Assembly (NCBI GenBank): GCA_030141605.1
Contig: JAQGDQ010000408.1
Span: 124,001 to 188,000, forward strand
Reading direction: 5' to 3'
DNA length: 64,000 nucleotides
Source of the DNA: Tubiluchus corallicola
Taxonomy: Eukaryota; Animalia; Priapulida
Shown: piece by piece, positions 1 to 12,200 of the stretch
Numbering within the stretch: position 1 is the stretch's first letter
How the letters are laid out: every line of letters begins with the position of its first letter
The notes under the pieces: model-generated
What the model saw: the letters and a program-made list of their open reading frames with translations, nothing else
Database searches by the model: none
Told to the model about the DNA's origin: nothing
Position numbers and translations under genes: made by a program

Positions 1-237
1 GAATAAGTTTTTGAAAACACTTGTAAAAACTGGGCTTACACATATACATATTATCTGATTTTGTTCTGCAGTAAAACCACTATTTGTCTGTTAAAAATTT
101 TGCACAGAAACTGCGGTTAAACTCTGCTGATGTTTCAAACATTGAAATGATAAAGAACAAATTTGGCTTGAAGTAACGAATTATTCAAATTTATAATTTT
201 CGGTTCGAACCAGATTCGAACTAAAAAACTCATTCCT
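1..237 (+). mobile_element. hAT-type MITE, family C, partial copy at window start
   Basis: aaaattttgcacagaaactgc, tgtttcaaacatt and ttcgaactaaaaaactcattcc are shared with the 34279 and 37113 copies. Confidence 0.7.
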
Positions 238-706
238 TCTTGTCTGAAATATGATTGGTTTGTGAAAAAATTTCAGCTGTATGACGATGGTAACAATATT
301 GTGTTCTAATTAGACACAGGACTGACAAGATTTTAATGATTTGCTTTGCAATAGGGGTAGAGAAATATGTACAGTTTTCTTCAAGATTTTATAATTTCAT
401 AAATTTAATTCTAATACAGATTTTTAGCAACAATATTGTCTATGAAACAACCAGCACAGTAAGTTTTATTATTTTGAAAAAGTTACTAGCAAGAGTTCAA
501 GAGTAGTTTGAAAGAGCCACTGGCCAACTGTAATAGCTCCAACCTAACCGCTAGCAGGGTCGGTCGTACGAATCAGCGCAATCATGTCAACTGGTTGTTT
601 ATCATCACTGCTAAGAGTTCCCATATTATACTTGGACAATATCGCGCTCAGTCAACGTGTGTACCTTGTCTAAACCCTAAAGATTATGTAGCAAGTTTTA
701 TTATTT

Positions 707-1236
707 GTGTGCTTGCATAGCAGAATCGTCCGTAAATTGGCAAGTAACCTTTTCTAGTTATTCACATATACTGAATGTCCATTTCATGAGGATCATTTTG
801 ATACCAAGCTCATCGCTGTATGTCATTTCTAAACTGAGATATCCACGCTGAAGTTGAGGTGCAGGCTACGCACTGAAAACGTAACCTTGAGAAAATCCAT
901 GTTAAAGTTAGCCATTGTTTTTTGTCACATGTCTGCAAAACACTTAGCAACCGCACAAATGCTGTTTGCTATGGATTTGGCAAGAACACATTGATGTTGT
1001 GTTTAAATCAAGTAGATGGCTCTTTCTAACGAAAATCTGGGCTTGGCAGCAGAAAAAACCCGAATATTTTTTAAACATTTTCTTGATCATTTGTTGCTAG
1101 AATGTAAAAGTCCAATATATTCAGCATTTGTTTTTATAAAAGCAAAATATTGACATTTGACCAAATTTTTTGGTGCATTTTACTTTGAAGCATCATAACG
1201 TAGTTTTGCTATGCCGGCTTAGGTTTGCAAGCACAC
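707..1236 (+). mobile_element. Non-autonomous TIR element, family A (Sola1-like), copy 1
   Basis: TIR GTGTGCTTGCA...TGCAAGCACAC flanked by ATTT/ATTT. Homologous to copies at 13822, 26564 and 36364. Confidence 0.8.
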
Positions 1237-1785
1237 ATTTGATGAAACATCTCAGTAGTGCCCTGCCAGTGTACTTACATAAAACAGCTGGGTGCTAAGC
1301 TCATGAGTGACTCGTTGTTTTTATACAGCTAGTAGAGAAGATGACCTTTTGACACGACATGTTAACAACTCTGCTTGCTGCATACCCAGCAGCTTTATGC
1401 ACCCCTAGAATGAATGTAAAGTAGGCCTTTGCAATAGAAAGTAATAAATAATTTGTATTCAGGCAATGGGCCTGACAAAAGTTCACATTATGCAGTAATC
1501 AAGTACACTGTATTCAAAGCTGAATATTAGTGAAATGAATGATGAAAGTTCGTTCTTTTTTATTAGTTCACATTACAGATGTGTATGCAATAAACCTTGT
1601 TCGCTGTACTAGTGTTATACAATGCTAATAATAAAATAAACTAGATCGCTAAGTCAGTAATTAAAATCTGGATCATAAATTATGTCCTTGGGGACACTCA
1701 AGCACAAATCCACTGATTATTATTATTCGAAGAGCTCCATTTCTAATTTTGAGTAGGGTCTTAATCGATTGACAATACAATAGTG

Positions 1786-2155
1786 CACTCATATCTCGAT
1801 TTCCCGGACCTTGCTTTTACAGATATCGGAAAAATTGGACAAAATCTGGACTGTTAAAAAGTGCCGCATAATACAGACATGGTCTGTTGTTTCATGAGCT
1901 GACCACTAGTTGGCAGGCAGGCACTTTGTTTGCATAATTACATCAGTGCAACCAAGCATCTTGTAACGACAAGTATGTAGCTTGTATGTCAGGAGTGTGC
2001 TAGACGTTTTTGAGACAATTAAATGATTGATTCTGCATTACCGTGAGTTTAATATACGACGCCTACTGTGTTAGGTTAGTATGGGTAAATACGGACAGCC
2101 AGCAAATTCAGACGGGTGTCTCCCCACTTTTGTCCGGCAAACTGAGAAGTGAGTG
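1786..2155 (+). mobile_element. Tc1/mariner-type MITE, family B, copy 1
   Basis: TIR CACTCATATCTCG...GAGTG followed by TA; homologous to 24328-24753. Confidence 0.75.
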
Positions 2156-2547
2156 TATCTCTAAAGCCATTCACCCTCTTCTTTGCCATTACTGTCAGGC
2201 ATGGCTGAATGCTTTGGATCTACCATATTAAAATAATACCTTACAGATGTTATCAGAAGTTATTCCAAAACTTAGAATTGTAAAATTATTATGCAAACTG
2301 AAAGTTAATTTGTGTTACTGGAAACTGTATGTACATATATTTACTGTCTCGTTAGTTCAGGAAATAGGATTAGGCTTCATAGTTGTAGTGCTAAATTGAA
2401 ACCTAAATGCTTTCAATTCAATAACTGGCTGATGTTGTTCAGTTTTGAAATTTGCATTTCAGATTGGTAGTTGAAGCACATGAACAACATCAAGCTTTAA
2501 TCACCACCGTCATATTTGTATTGCCGCTAGTGTGACGACATTTCATT

Positions 2548-3687
2548 ATGGCTGCCACTAAAGAAGAATTAAACAGACAGAAGCAAGTTAATAGCGCAAT
2601 TGAGAAAGAACTACGGAGAACGAAAAAATTTGCGAGGCGAGAGATCAAGTTGTTGCTTTTAGGTGCCGGTGAAAGCGGTAAAAGTACATTTATCAAACAG
2701 ATGAGGATTATATATGGTGCAGGATATTCAGTTGACGAGAGACAGAGTTTTATGCCGGTGATCTATCAAAACATTTACACTTCAATGCAGTGTCTAATTC
2801 GAGCCATGAATCTACTCAACATTCCATATCAGAAACAGGTCAACGAGGAGTTTGCTTCCATGATTACGGCTGTGGATGTGGATTCTGTAACCACTTTGGA
2901 TCCAGCTCATGTGGAAGCAATTTATGAGCTCTGGCACGATTTTGGAATGCAAAAGTGCTACAAGAGGAAGCAAGAGTTTTATCTTGCTGACTCTGCCATG
3001 TACTATCTCTCAGACATTCGCAGAATTGGACAGGCAGATTACACACCAACTTTGCAAGATATACTGCGTGTACGCATTGCTACAACTGGTATTATTGAGT
3101 ACTTGTTTGATGTATCTGATGACAGTGGAGGAACAACGCCCCTTTGTAACGTGCTCAGTCGGTTGTGCTCAAACAATGGGAACAATGAACGCCGAATTCC
3201 AATGAAAATCGTTGATGTTGGTGGTCAGCGGTCTGCACGTCGGAAGTGGATCAAGTGCTTTGACAACGTCACATCTATTATATTTATAGCGTGTCTGAGT
3301 GAGTACGATCAAGTTTTAGTCGAAACCGACACCGGCGACAACCGCATGGAGGAAAGCCTGAAACTGTTTCGAGTCACGATCTCTTACCCGTGGTTTGAAA
3401 ACACGTCCGTCATATTGTTTCTCAACAAAAAAGATATTTTTGAAGAAAAAATACTGCACTCTGACCTGGCTGATTATTTTCCACGGTATCAAGGTCCTAA
3501 GGGAAGTGCAAATAAAGCAAAAGAGTTTATTAAAGAGATGTACGAAGGCCTTAATCCAGAGCCACAAAAAAAGACAATATACACTCATTATACATGTGCT
3601 ACAGACACTGATAATATCAAAGTCATATTTGCCGGTGTAAAAGACATTATATTGCAGTCTCACCTAAAAGAGCTTGTTCTCACATGA
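2548..3687 (+). CDS. Heterotrimeric G-protein alpha subunit, divergent Gq-like, single coding exon (379 aa)
   Basis: Uninterrupted ORF with all G boxes: [22 protein letters not shown] (G1), [11 protein letters not shown] (G2, catalytic Arg), DVGGQRS (G3, catalytic Gln), LFLNKKD (G4), TCATDT (G5). [18 protein letters not shown] and SVILFLNK are Gq-type. An in-frame TGA at 2533-2535 fixes the start. A splice acceptor (tttgcatttcag) ending at 2462 suggests a 5' UTR intron. Confidence 0.95.
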   Translation: MAATKEELNRQKQVNSAIEKELRRTKKFARREIKLLLLGAGESGKSTFIKQMRIIYGAGYSVDERQSFMPVIYQNIYTSMQCLIRAMNLLNIPYQKQVNEEFASMITAVDVDSVTTLDPAHVEAIYELWHDFGMQKCYKRKQEFYLADSAMYYLSDIRRIGQADYTPTLQDILRVRIATTGIIEYLFDVSDDSGGTTPLCNVLSRLCSNNGNNERRIPMKIVDVGGQRSARRKWIKCFDNVTSIIFIACLSEYDQVLVETDTGDNRMEESLKLFRVTISYPWFENTSVILFLNKKDIFEEKILHSDLADYFPRYQGPKGSANKAKEFIKEMYEGLNPEPQKKTIYTHYTCATDTDNIKVIFAGVKDIILQSHLKELVLT

Positions 3688-5046
3688 TTCTGAGCTTACA
3701 TACCTCATGGCTACTTTTCTTGCCTACCTGACATTTTGTACATGAAACTTTCTGCTGCGATGATGATGTTTTTGTTACAGATAGTAAAACTCTAGTAGAT
3801 CCTAGGTAGTTAGAAATGCTGAAGAATCCGATTCTGCCGGCTTATTTCTTTAGTATAGTTTAGAAAATATCCACTTGCTTTCACTTCGGAGTCTTTGGTT
3901 ATGACAGCTGACAACCCACAAGGTGCCACAATGAATCTATGAAACCAATAATGTGAGGCTTTATAATATGCCAATAAAAGCTTACATTTGAGAAAATAGC
4001 CTATTCTTTTTTGGCTCAGTTGAAATGCTACATTCTGGTGGGTCACTATTTAAAGCAATTTAAAATACAGCAGTAATACAGTTCCTACTTACAGTGGCAA
4101 CTTACAACTACACATCCAACTGCATAGTATTAGTCTTTTCTCCACTATTTTGTGGATGAATGATATTATTGTTCATGGAACTACGTTATAAAATTAATTT
4201 GTGCACATGGCATTTCGATTTACTTTGCCCAGTGGTGCCGCAAACAATATTTGTTGCAAAGTGTTTGATTTCCGTATGACTGCTGCAGTTACAACGTGTT
4301 AAGTTTCAAGAAGCTTTTTTTGGTTGATGAGGTTCAGGAGCCCGTACCCGTACTCCTCTGCTCAAAAATACTTTTTATATTTTGTCACTGTACACATAGC
4401 TCACAATACTTCACACAGACCAGCTGCATATGACTGCTTATTTGAAAAAAAAATTCTGACAGTCTACTTATCATTACCAGTGGATATTAGTGTCAGATCT
4501 GGCGCAAAGTTTTTCATTCGATGGTGAGCATGGTAGCACTTCATCTGTTTATTTATCTGTGTTGTTCTTTTGTTGACTTCTTTTTATAGGAATTGCACTC
4601 TTATACTTGAAGCTCATTTTTACAATTTTTGTAATGAATTAGCTTTCTTTACTTTGCTGCCAATGGGTATTGCAGGGTTGAAGCTTTTAAACTCTTCTTG
4701 CCTCCATCGCTTCTTCTACTTTGTTTGTGTTGGACCAAAAACTGTGTTTTAATTATCATATCGATTTGAATTTGTGTCTAAGTAACTGCCAAGTTATCAC
4801 TGTTACTGTGTATGGCACAATCCAGGCCATTTATACATGAAAATGCTTGGGCTACATCTGTATATAATAAATTGAGGTGGTTGACTTGATTGTGTCAACA
4901 GAAGATCTATGCTTTGCAGAAGTTTTAAGTGACAGCATTGTGGTAATTATCAGATAATTGTTCAGTGATTCTTGTCTGCTAGAAATGTTCTTTCTTCTCC
5001 ACAAATCAAGAATCTGTAAATGTCTTTAGGAAAATTGTCCAATATT

Positions 5047-5150
5047 GTTGAGGTTTGTTCAGCATTCTGAGAGACGTCAACAATACAAACATTTGGGATG
5101 TTGTGGGTGGCAAACCGGAATGCAGCAAAGTTACAAGAAGCAAGAGTTAT
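5047..5150 (+). pseudogene. Decayed fragment of a G-alpha paralogue
   Basis: ggaatgcagcaaagttacaagaagcaagagtt resembles ggaatgcaaaagtgctacaagaggaagcaagagtt at ~2944-2978. Translation VEVCSA..LW..GMQQSYKKQEL versus [20 protein letters not shown], with a stop and a frameshift. Confidence 0.45.
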
Positions 5151-5770
5151 GTCTGATATTTAGTGTCTCATCAAATGGCACAATTGATTTCATTGATTTA
5201 AAACAAATGGGGAAATATGTATAGACAGTATAGGCAGTAGATTTCAGTGAAAAATAAACCACCCAGTAAATTTCATTTTTTTTCAGCTCTGCAATCTTGT
5301 TTCTTCCCTATTTTTATAATGCAAAATTTCGACTTCTCTGCATAGTGCCTAGTTAAAACTTTGAATTTTTGTTCAGAATACTGCAACAACACTATGGTTA
5401 GTTAGGTTTATTTTACATTGTTACAAGCATAAAATTTTTTGTACCAGTTAACTCATACCTTTGCAACTAAATGCTGCACATAGCCAGAATATTGTTTAAC
5501 AAAATGTATAGATTGTCTGATCACTATGTTGGTAGGCAATTGACAGATATAATAAAATCTATATAAATAGTTAAATATGTCATATTTACACATTAGCTGG
5601 CTTACGTTGTGAGTGATATATATATATAGTTCAAATTTTTTGTACAAAAAAAAAGTCTAATGAACCTCAGAGCTAGTTGTTTTTTCATAAATGGCATATT
5701 CTGACTGTATATATTCTCAATTAGCTATGTTGATTGGCTGTAAGTTAACTTTGACATTTTCAAAAGTCTC

Positions 5771-6017
5771 GTGGATTTGTGGACCAGTACTTTAACATGC
5801 ACTATGTGGATTTGTGGACCAGTATTTTAACATGCACTATGTGAATTTGTGGACCAGTATTTTAACATGCACTATGTGAATTTGTGGACCAGTATTTTAA
5901 CATGCACTATGTGGATTTGTGGACCAGTATTTTAACATGCACTACGTGGATTTGTGGACCAGTATTTTAGCATGCACAATGTGGATTTGTGGACCAGTAC
6001 TTTAGCAGGCACTATGT
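5771..6017. repeat. Minisatellite, 35-bp unit x ~7
   Basis: gtggatttgtggaccagtattttaacatgcactat repeated at 5771, 5806, 5841, 5876, 5911, 5946 and 5981. Confidence 0.95.
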
Positions 6018-7249
6018 GATGTCTAGCAACGTTTGTAAAAATTGTAATTTTTAAGTGTTTTTTACGTTTTAGCTATTTGTGATTGTGCCAATTTCTTGCC
6101 ATTGGAGGGAGGAATTTTTGTTTTTGTCTAATTGACATTTGGGACCACAGCCAAGTTCATTTGTCAATGTATAATATAATGATTATGATCCAGAGTATTT
6201 TTATAGTAAACATTTTTACATGAAATAGTCATTTGTGAGAAATAAACTATACTATAAAGGTCTCTTTTTGTATACGTCGATTTATAATTTGATTACCAAT
6301 ATACCAACCAGTTGGACATTGCACGTAAAAATTTTATTGACTAAATACTGTATTAAATACATAGACAAACAAATACTACATTGTAGTATTAACCTGTGTT
6401 ACAGTGTATTATCAATTATCTCAGAGTTAGTTTATGTTCAATAATTAATAATGATACAACAACAACAGCCAAAAGTATAAGTTTTGATTGTCTAAAGTAT
6501 TGCAAGAGATATAAATATACACATAATTATAGCTAGCCAGATCATTTTGGTAAAGCTGTCTGCATTTTCTTTGAAAGCAATGTAGACCTAGGGCCCAACG
6601 ACATATGAAGTGGTTACTATACTGTTGCGGGGCAGAGCTTTGCTCTGTTTTGCGTTCAAAATTTTTTACTCACTCAAAGACACAGATATGCGGCCTGTAT
6701 GTTATTTCAAGTCGTGTTAAAGTAACACACTCCTATAAATTATAAATGTACTAGTTTTACCTGAATGGAATTCACAAACCCCGTGTTCTAATTGGCTCTA
6801 AACTTGAATACTCACCTGTAAGTCTATAAGTACAAATGCCATATCCTATTTCTTTGAGTTCCGTGGTTGCTGGTGTTTTTAAAGCTAAACAGGACAGGCC
6901 TGCACCCGTCTTCCCAGGCATTGGCGTATGGGGCGGGGGGCAGATTGCCCCCCAAATTTTCGCATTTCAAAAAATTCGGACAGAACTGCCCTTTATATTT
7001 TCAGAAAATAGTTTTTTCAACCTCTAAATTGATATTTTTTTCAGATTTCATTCGTCATCACCTTATTTTTTCCTGAATTCAAATATGGCCTGAATCTTGA
7101 GAGAGTAATATTGATGCCATGCACCTGGATGCCCGAATCTTGATCTCACAGGAGGCGTCGTCCGCGAAAATTCCCGGTCCCGGACCGGCAGTGAGAGTGG
7201 TCTGGAAACAATTTGCATTCGCAAAATTGAAAATATACTAGTCGCTGGG

Positions 7250-7370
7250 TTCTCTTCAAGTCGCCGATTGTTTATAAAACTTATCGCTTCCTGTCTTCGG
7301 TGCGCGCGCATTGATCTCTACTCTTTACCGGTCCATTGCTCTCATCTCAGTCACTCAATGTTCACTGGAA
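7250..7370 (+). promoter_or_regulatory. Probable RMND1 promoter and first exon
   Basis: CpG-rich patch with gtgcgcgcgcat, an initiator-like TCAGTC at ~7347, a donor gtaact at 7371 and a next acceptor ending at 7503. Confidence 0.45.
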
Positions 7371-8639
7371 GTAACTTTATTTAACAGTAACAATCTAGTT
7401 TTTAGAAAATAGCAGGTTAGCTAAGTTTGTCGTCGGGCCTTGTACCACTCTTTTTAAGCTGGTGAATGTCTCCCAGTTACTTGCTTTGTTAGTTCTGTTT
7501 CAGAATGTCGATTTCGAACGGAAGCCTATCTCCCACCGATAGTGCTGGTTCAAACCATCCAGGGGTAATTGCTAAGACCCTGGCGGCGAGAACCCGACAG
7601 AGCAACAATACTTATACTTATTACTTTCAAAGGTTTGGTTATTTTGCTTTGTTAACTTTTCATGCAGAGTTAAATTGTCCACGTGTGACTGTAAAAGCTA
7701 TGATGTGCATTAATTAATGATTGTCAATATAGTGCAGCTTTCATTGCACTTGCAAAGTTTTCAATTTTCATGCTTGCATGTGTCAAAGAATACTTTTGAT
7801 GTGAAAAATATTAATAATTTAAAGAGAGCAATATGTGCTGGTTTGAAAACTTGAAAAGCACTTCTCTGTATCTACCAGTATACAATCACAAGTCAAAATT
7901 GTATGACATATAGTTACCATGAAGAATTACTTCTCTATAGCTTAATTTCAACTAGCATGATTGTTTCTAGATTGAAGAAATATAACAATGGAAAAAGTTT
8001 TTTATCTTTCATGGTGGAATATTAATTTTCTGACTTAGTTCAAAGCAAAAATCAAACATTTTTTGCAAATAATCAGTTCAATGTGTGTTTAATTTGTTAT
8101 CAGTACTTTAAGTACCATAACTGTGTTGATTTGATTTTGATAATCACAATTTGGCTCTATGCTGTTGTAGCTGTTTATGATGCTAGTGTGTGTTAGACAT
8201 AATGAGTTAGACGCAAAAGTAAACGAAGCCTCAAGAACCTCACTGAGCGCTTGAAGGCCCACGAACTACACTTGCCATGACGTCATTGAAGCAGCTAGTC
8301 CTAGCTCGAAAGACCAGCGACCCATAATCCTTTGCGTAAAATACGAAACATGCCCACAAACCTGTGCGCTCATGTTTTTAAAGATTTCTGTTATTGTAAG
8401 AGTAAGTTTAGCAGAAATTGCGGTGGCTGTCACTGTAAAGTAGGTTAGTCAGCAAGTTGAGCCTTGTTATCTATTATTTTTATCTTGTCATATTTCATTT
8501 GCGTATTTGACTGTTTTTTGAAAGAATTAGATTTGTGATTGATAGGGTGGTGGTTTCTCTCACCCCTCTCCACTTGTAGGGGCAAACGGTATAATCGATT
8601 GCAGGGGTTCTTCAACACTGTAGCACCTTTATTCTTCTT

Positions 8640-8990
8640 CAAAATTTACTCCACCAACTTCCTTCAAAATGCTTTTCCTACAAAACAAACAATCATTGAC
8701 ATATTTGGGTGCTTTCAACAAATTTTCACTACAACAGCTTTTATAGTTTTACTTTTAACATCTATTAAGACTTCACCTAGATTTTCTCTAATCCTTTTAT
8801 ATTTGCTACAAGTAAATAAATGTTCTGTTGTGTCTAATTCACTATCGCACATGGGACATATTAAATTTCTTATAAATGAACCCTTAAGATTTGCTTTTAC
8901 TTTGACCACATTGAGTCTTAAATCCAAAATATTTTTAACTTCTGCATGGTGATTCGTATTTAAATGTACTAACATCTTCACTAATATTGA
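8640..8990 (-). mobile_element. LINE ORF2 C-terminal zinc-knuckle fragment
   Basis: The minus-strand ORF contains CPMCDSELDTTEHLFTC (CCHC motif found after RT in non-LTR elements). Confidence 0.6.
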
Positions 8991-9290
8991 AGTCTGAAGC
9001 TAAAGAAATTTGATGTCTCTATATAAAAAGTCAGAAAGTATTATTATTATTATTATTAAAAATATGCAGCAATTACCTTGAATTTACACTACATGTTAAT
9101 AATGTGAAGCGGCTACAACAGATTCGATAATGCATAATGTATAGTGGGAATATTTTACTTTTCCAGCTTATGTGTTATGATTGTTTCTTGCCGTTATGTG
9201 CATTGCTAGATTATAAGCTTTGATGGAAAAACAAAATTGATATCCCAAAACTAATTCTTGCAATCTGTTTTTTACAGTTTGAAGTGCAAA

Positions 9291-12200
9291 ATGTTCAAGA
9301 GAGTCCTACCTACCTGCTGCAAGTTAACATGCAGGTTTCTCAGCAAATCTGTGTTTTTTGGCAACTTCAATAGAGGTTGGTTGTCACTGCTTGAGGTCCA
9401 TTACTCCACGTTTTCTTACTGTGCAGCAGAGCAGCCTTCAGTGTCTTGGCTGTCTCATCGTCAGCTGTCCTCCGCTCGGCCTGAACATAAATTTAGCGGT
9501 ATTCAGGATCACATCTCGGCCCTGGACACAAAGCGACCGAAAAAGAAGAGGCCAGTTCGTGAAGAGGAGAAGCGGCCAGGAACAGCTCCCTTGGTATTTT
9601 GTTAATGAAATGCTCTTGTAGACTAAATAAGTAACCATAGTGATTGCAGTAAATAATAACAGTTTCCTAATGATAACATATAAAGGACAGTGGCGTAGCT
9701 AATGGAGGAGCAAGGGGAGCAACTGCTCCACCTACAGTGGCCGCTCGTAGCTAAAATTAATGGGTTCTGCTTCAGAAAATTTTTAGCCATTGTTTTAATA
9801 CTGTATAAAACGAAAGTTTATATATGTTTCGTTTTGTTTTCATTTTACATTTAAAATTTTCTAACCATTCTCTAATATGATCAGTGTGCAAATTATGATA
9901 ATAATGTAAAAAATATTGTTGTTAACAAATGACAATGCAAGAAAAATATTACAGTGAACAGGAAGTTGACCATCATTGTTTTGCTAGCCTGTTGTCTCTT
10001 CCCAATCCCAACTCCACTCGTAGAGGGCAGCACTTTCCATACGAATATGGCAGCAACAGTCTGATATCTTTAATTTATGCCTTTTTATATTCTTGTCAAT
10101 TATTTCATCTGCAATTTGACATTGATAGCGTCATAAAGTGCAGTTGATAAAAATTTTTGTCACTTTTTGATGTTTTGATTTTAAAATTTGCAGCACTTAG
10201 TGATTATTAGACTTAAACATATCCAGTCAGTTGTTTAATAATACTTACGACAAAAGGATTTTGTTGTACCAAACTGAAAATTGTGTTGCATAATTTTGTA
10301 ACAACAGCATAAAGGTATGACTCCGTGTGTGCCTAATGCGTATACTTCAGTTCATATTTAAACACGTAGAAGTGTTTCCATGTGTAGGCAATGCGTTATC
10401 CGTAATGTGTGATGTGTGATACGTATTCACTCGAATGTGATGGCTATCATCTGAATACACAATGCACATTACGGATCATGCATTACACACACATGGAGTC
10501 GTAGCTCAATGGAAAAATATCTTTCCCGTACTGCTAGACTGATGAATTTCTGTCTTAATGCTTTAGGAACAGTTTATGGTAACAGCATTTGCAACTGCGG
10601 AGGAATACAACTTGGACAGGCTTGCATCTGCTTTACAAAAACAAGGATTGTACAAACTGTCCACGATGCCTGAAGGTGTGTGAAAATTTCTTCTTCTTCT
10701 TCCTGTGTTTCTCTTGACACAGTGTGTAATTTACGTCATTAACACCTTTGCATTTTTCCAAATTTTGTTACAGAATGATACAGAAAATTTCAGTTAAGCA
10801 AATCTGGTGTTGCATTAAATATGAACCGAGTACAAAGATTTATAAAGTTGAGCTTTTAATGGCTTACTTAATTATAATTTTCAACTTACTTTACGCTTTG
10901 GGTGATGTATGCTTAGACTTTTGTTCTTACTGTTTTCACAGTTCAAAAAAATTTAAGCCTTACGGCACCATATGGCTGGCGAGTTTTCTCACAAGCGAGT
11001 TCAGTAATCTCCAACACTGTCCTGTTCCCTAATCTCTGAACTGACAGTCAGTGTTCTGTTCCCTGCGAAAAATGTCGAGAGCAACTCGCCGAGGCGTTCA
11101 CACTGGACACTGGACAGCAAATCAACATCGCAGCAACTGTTGGAGAGTTTTGCAATCTCTTGCCAAAAGAAACTTGCAAAGCAGTTCACACTTATTTAAA
11201 CTCAAGATAGAAAATTCGCTGGTCTGAATGCACCGTAGAAGTGCTCCTGAGATGATATTAATAATAGCATAATTTTACCCAGCATAACACCATTGAGAGA
11301 CGTAGCTAGTCGGTTTTGCTAGTAAACTCTATTACTATCAATTTTGTTCTTAGCATACACTTAGCACTACCTGATGAAAAAATACATTATGTAAATTGTA
11401 TTGCATGTTTTCCAGCTTAGTGTTTCATCTCAAATGACTGCTGCAGATGATAAACTAGATGCTGGTTCCGCCACAGCCATCAGCATTAGTGTGCTGTGTG
11501 ATGAACTGCATGAAAAGTTTAAGCATTAGTACTTGCTAATGAATTCGTTGTTATGTTGCAGACATGCACGACGTGCTGCACGTGACTGCAAACTATCCCG
11601 TAAGCGACGAATCAAGAGAGATTTACTTCTTTCAAGAGGGTGCGGTCGTATTCTGGAATGTTCCAGAATTGGAGGTTGGTAGAACATTCGTTTACGCCTG
11701 CAGTTATTTAAAATTGAAGTTATCAATCAGTATTAATCAAAACTGAAACATTTTACGTGAAATTAGTGTTTGGAGCCAGACTAATAGCCAAAAATGCAAT
11801 TGAAGCAGGCAAAAGGTCAAAATGTCATTTGAAGCAGGAAAAAGGTCAAAAGGTCATTTGAAGCAGACAAAAGATCAAAAGGTCATTTAAAGCAGACAAA
11901 AGACCAAAAGGTCATTTAAAGCAGGCAAAAGATCAAAAGGTCATTTAAAGCAGGCAAAAGTTCAAAAGGTCATTAAAGCAGGCAAAAGATTGAAAGGTCA
12001 TTGGAAGCAGACAAAAGGTGAAAGACTATTTGAAGCAGGCAAAAAATCAAAAGGTCATTTAAAGCAGGCAAAAGGTTGAAAGGTCATTGGAAGCAGGCAA
12101 AAGATCAGAAGGTATTTGAAGCAGGCAAAAGATCGAAAGGTCGTTGGGAGCAGGCAAAAGATCAAAAGGTCATTTGAAGCAGACAAAAGGTGAAAGACTA

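Noticed and set aside
3112-3201. G-alpha insertion as an unspliced 75-nt intron
   Set aside because: I found no strong donor plus polypyrimidine-AG pair that restores the canonical loop; RNA data are still needed.
3316-3663. Antisense and alternate-frame ORFs over the G-alpha gene (also those over YJU2, ATP5PB and CASK exons)
   Set aside because: These are shadow ORFs of real coding sequence with no independent support.
5771-6017. 35-bp repeat array resembling CRISPR repeat length
   Set aside because: The units are head-to-tail with no unique spacers, the context is eukaryotic, and there are no cas genes.
8215-8372. GC-richer intronic patch as an snRNA or snoRNA
   Set aside because: No Sm site, C/D or H/ACA arrangement, or known snRNA sequence that I could recognise.
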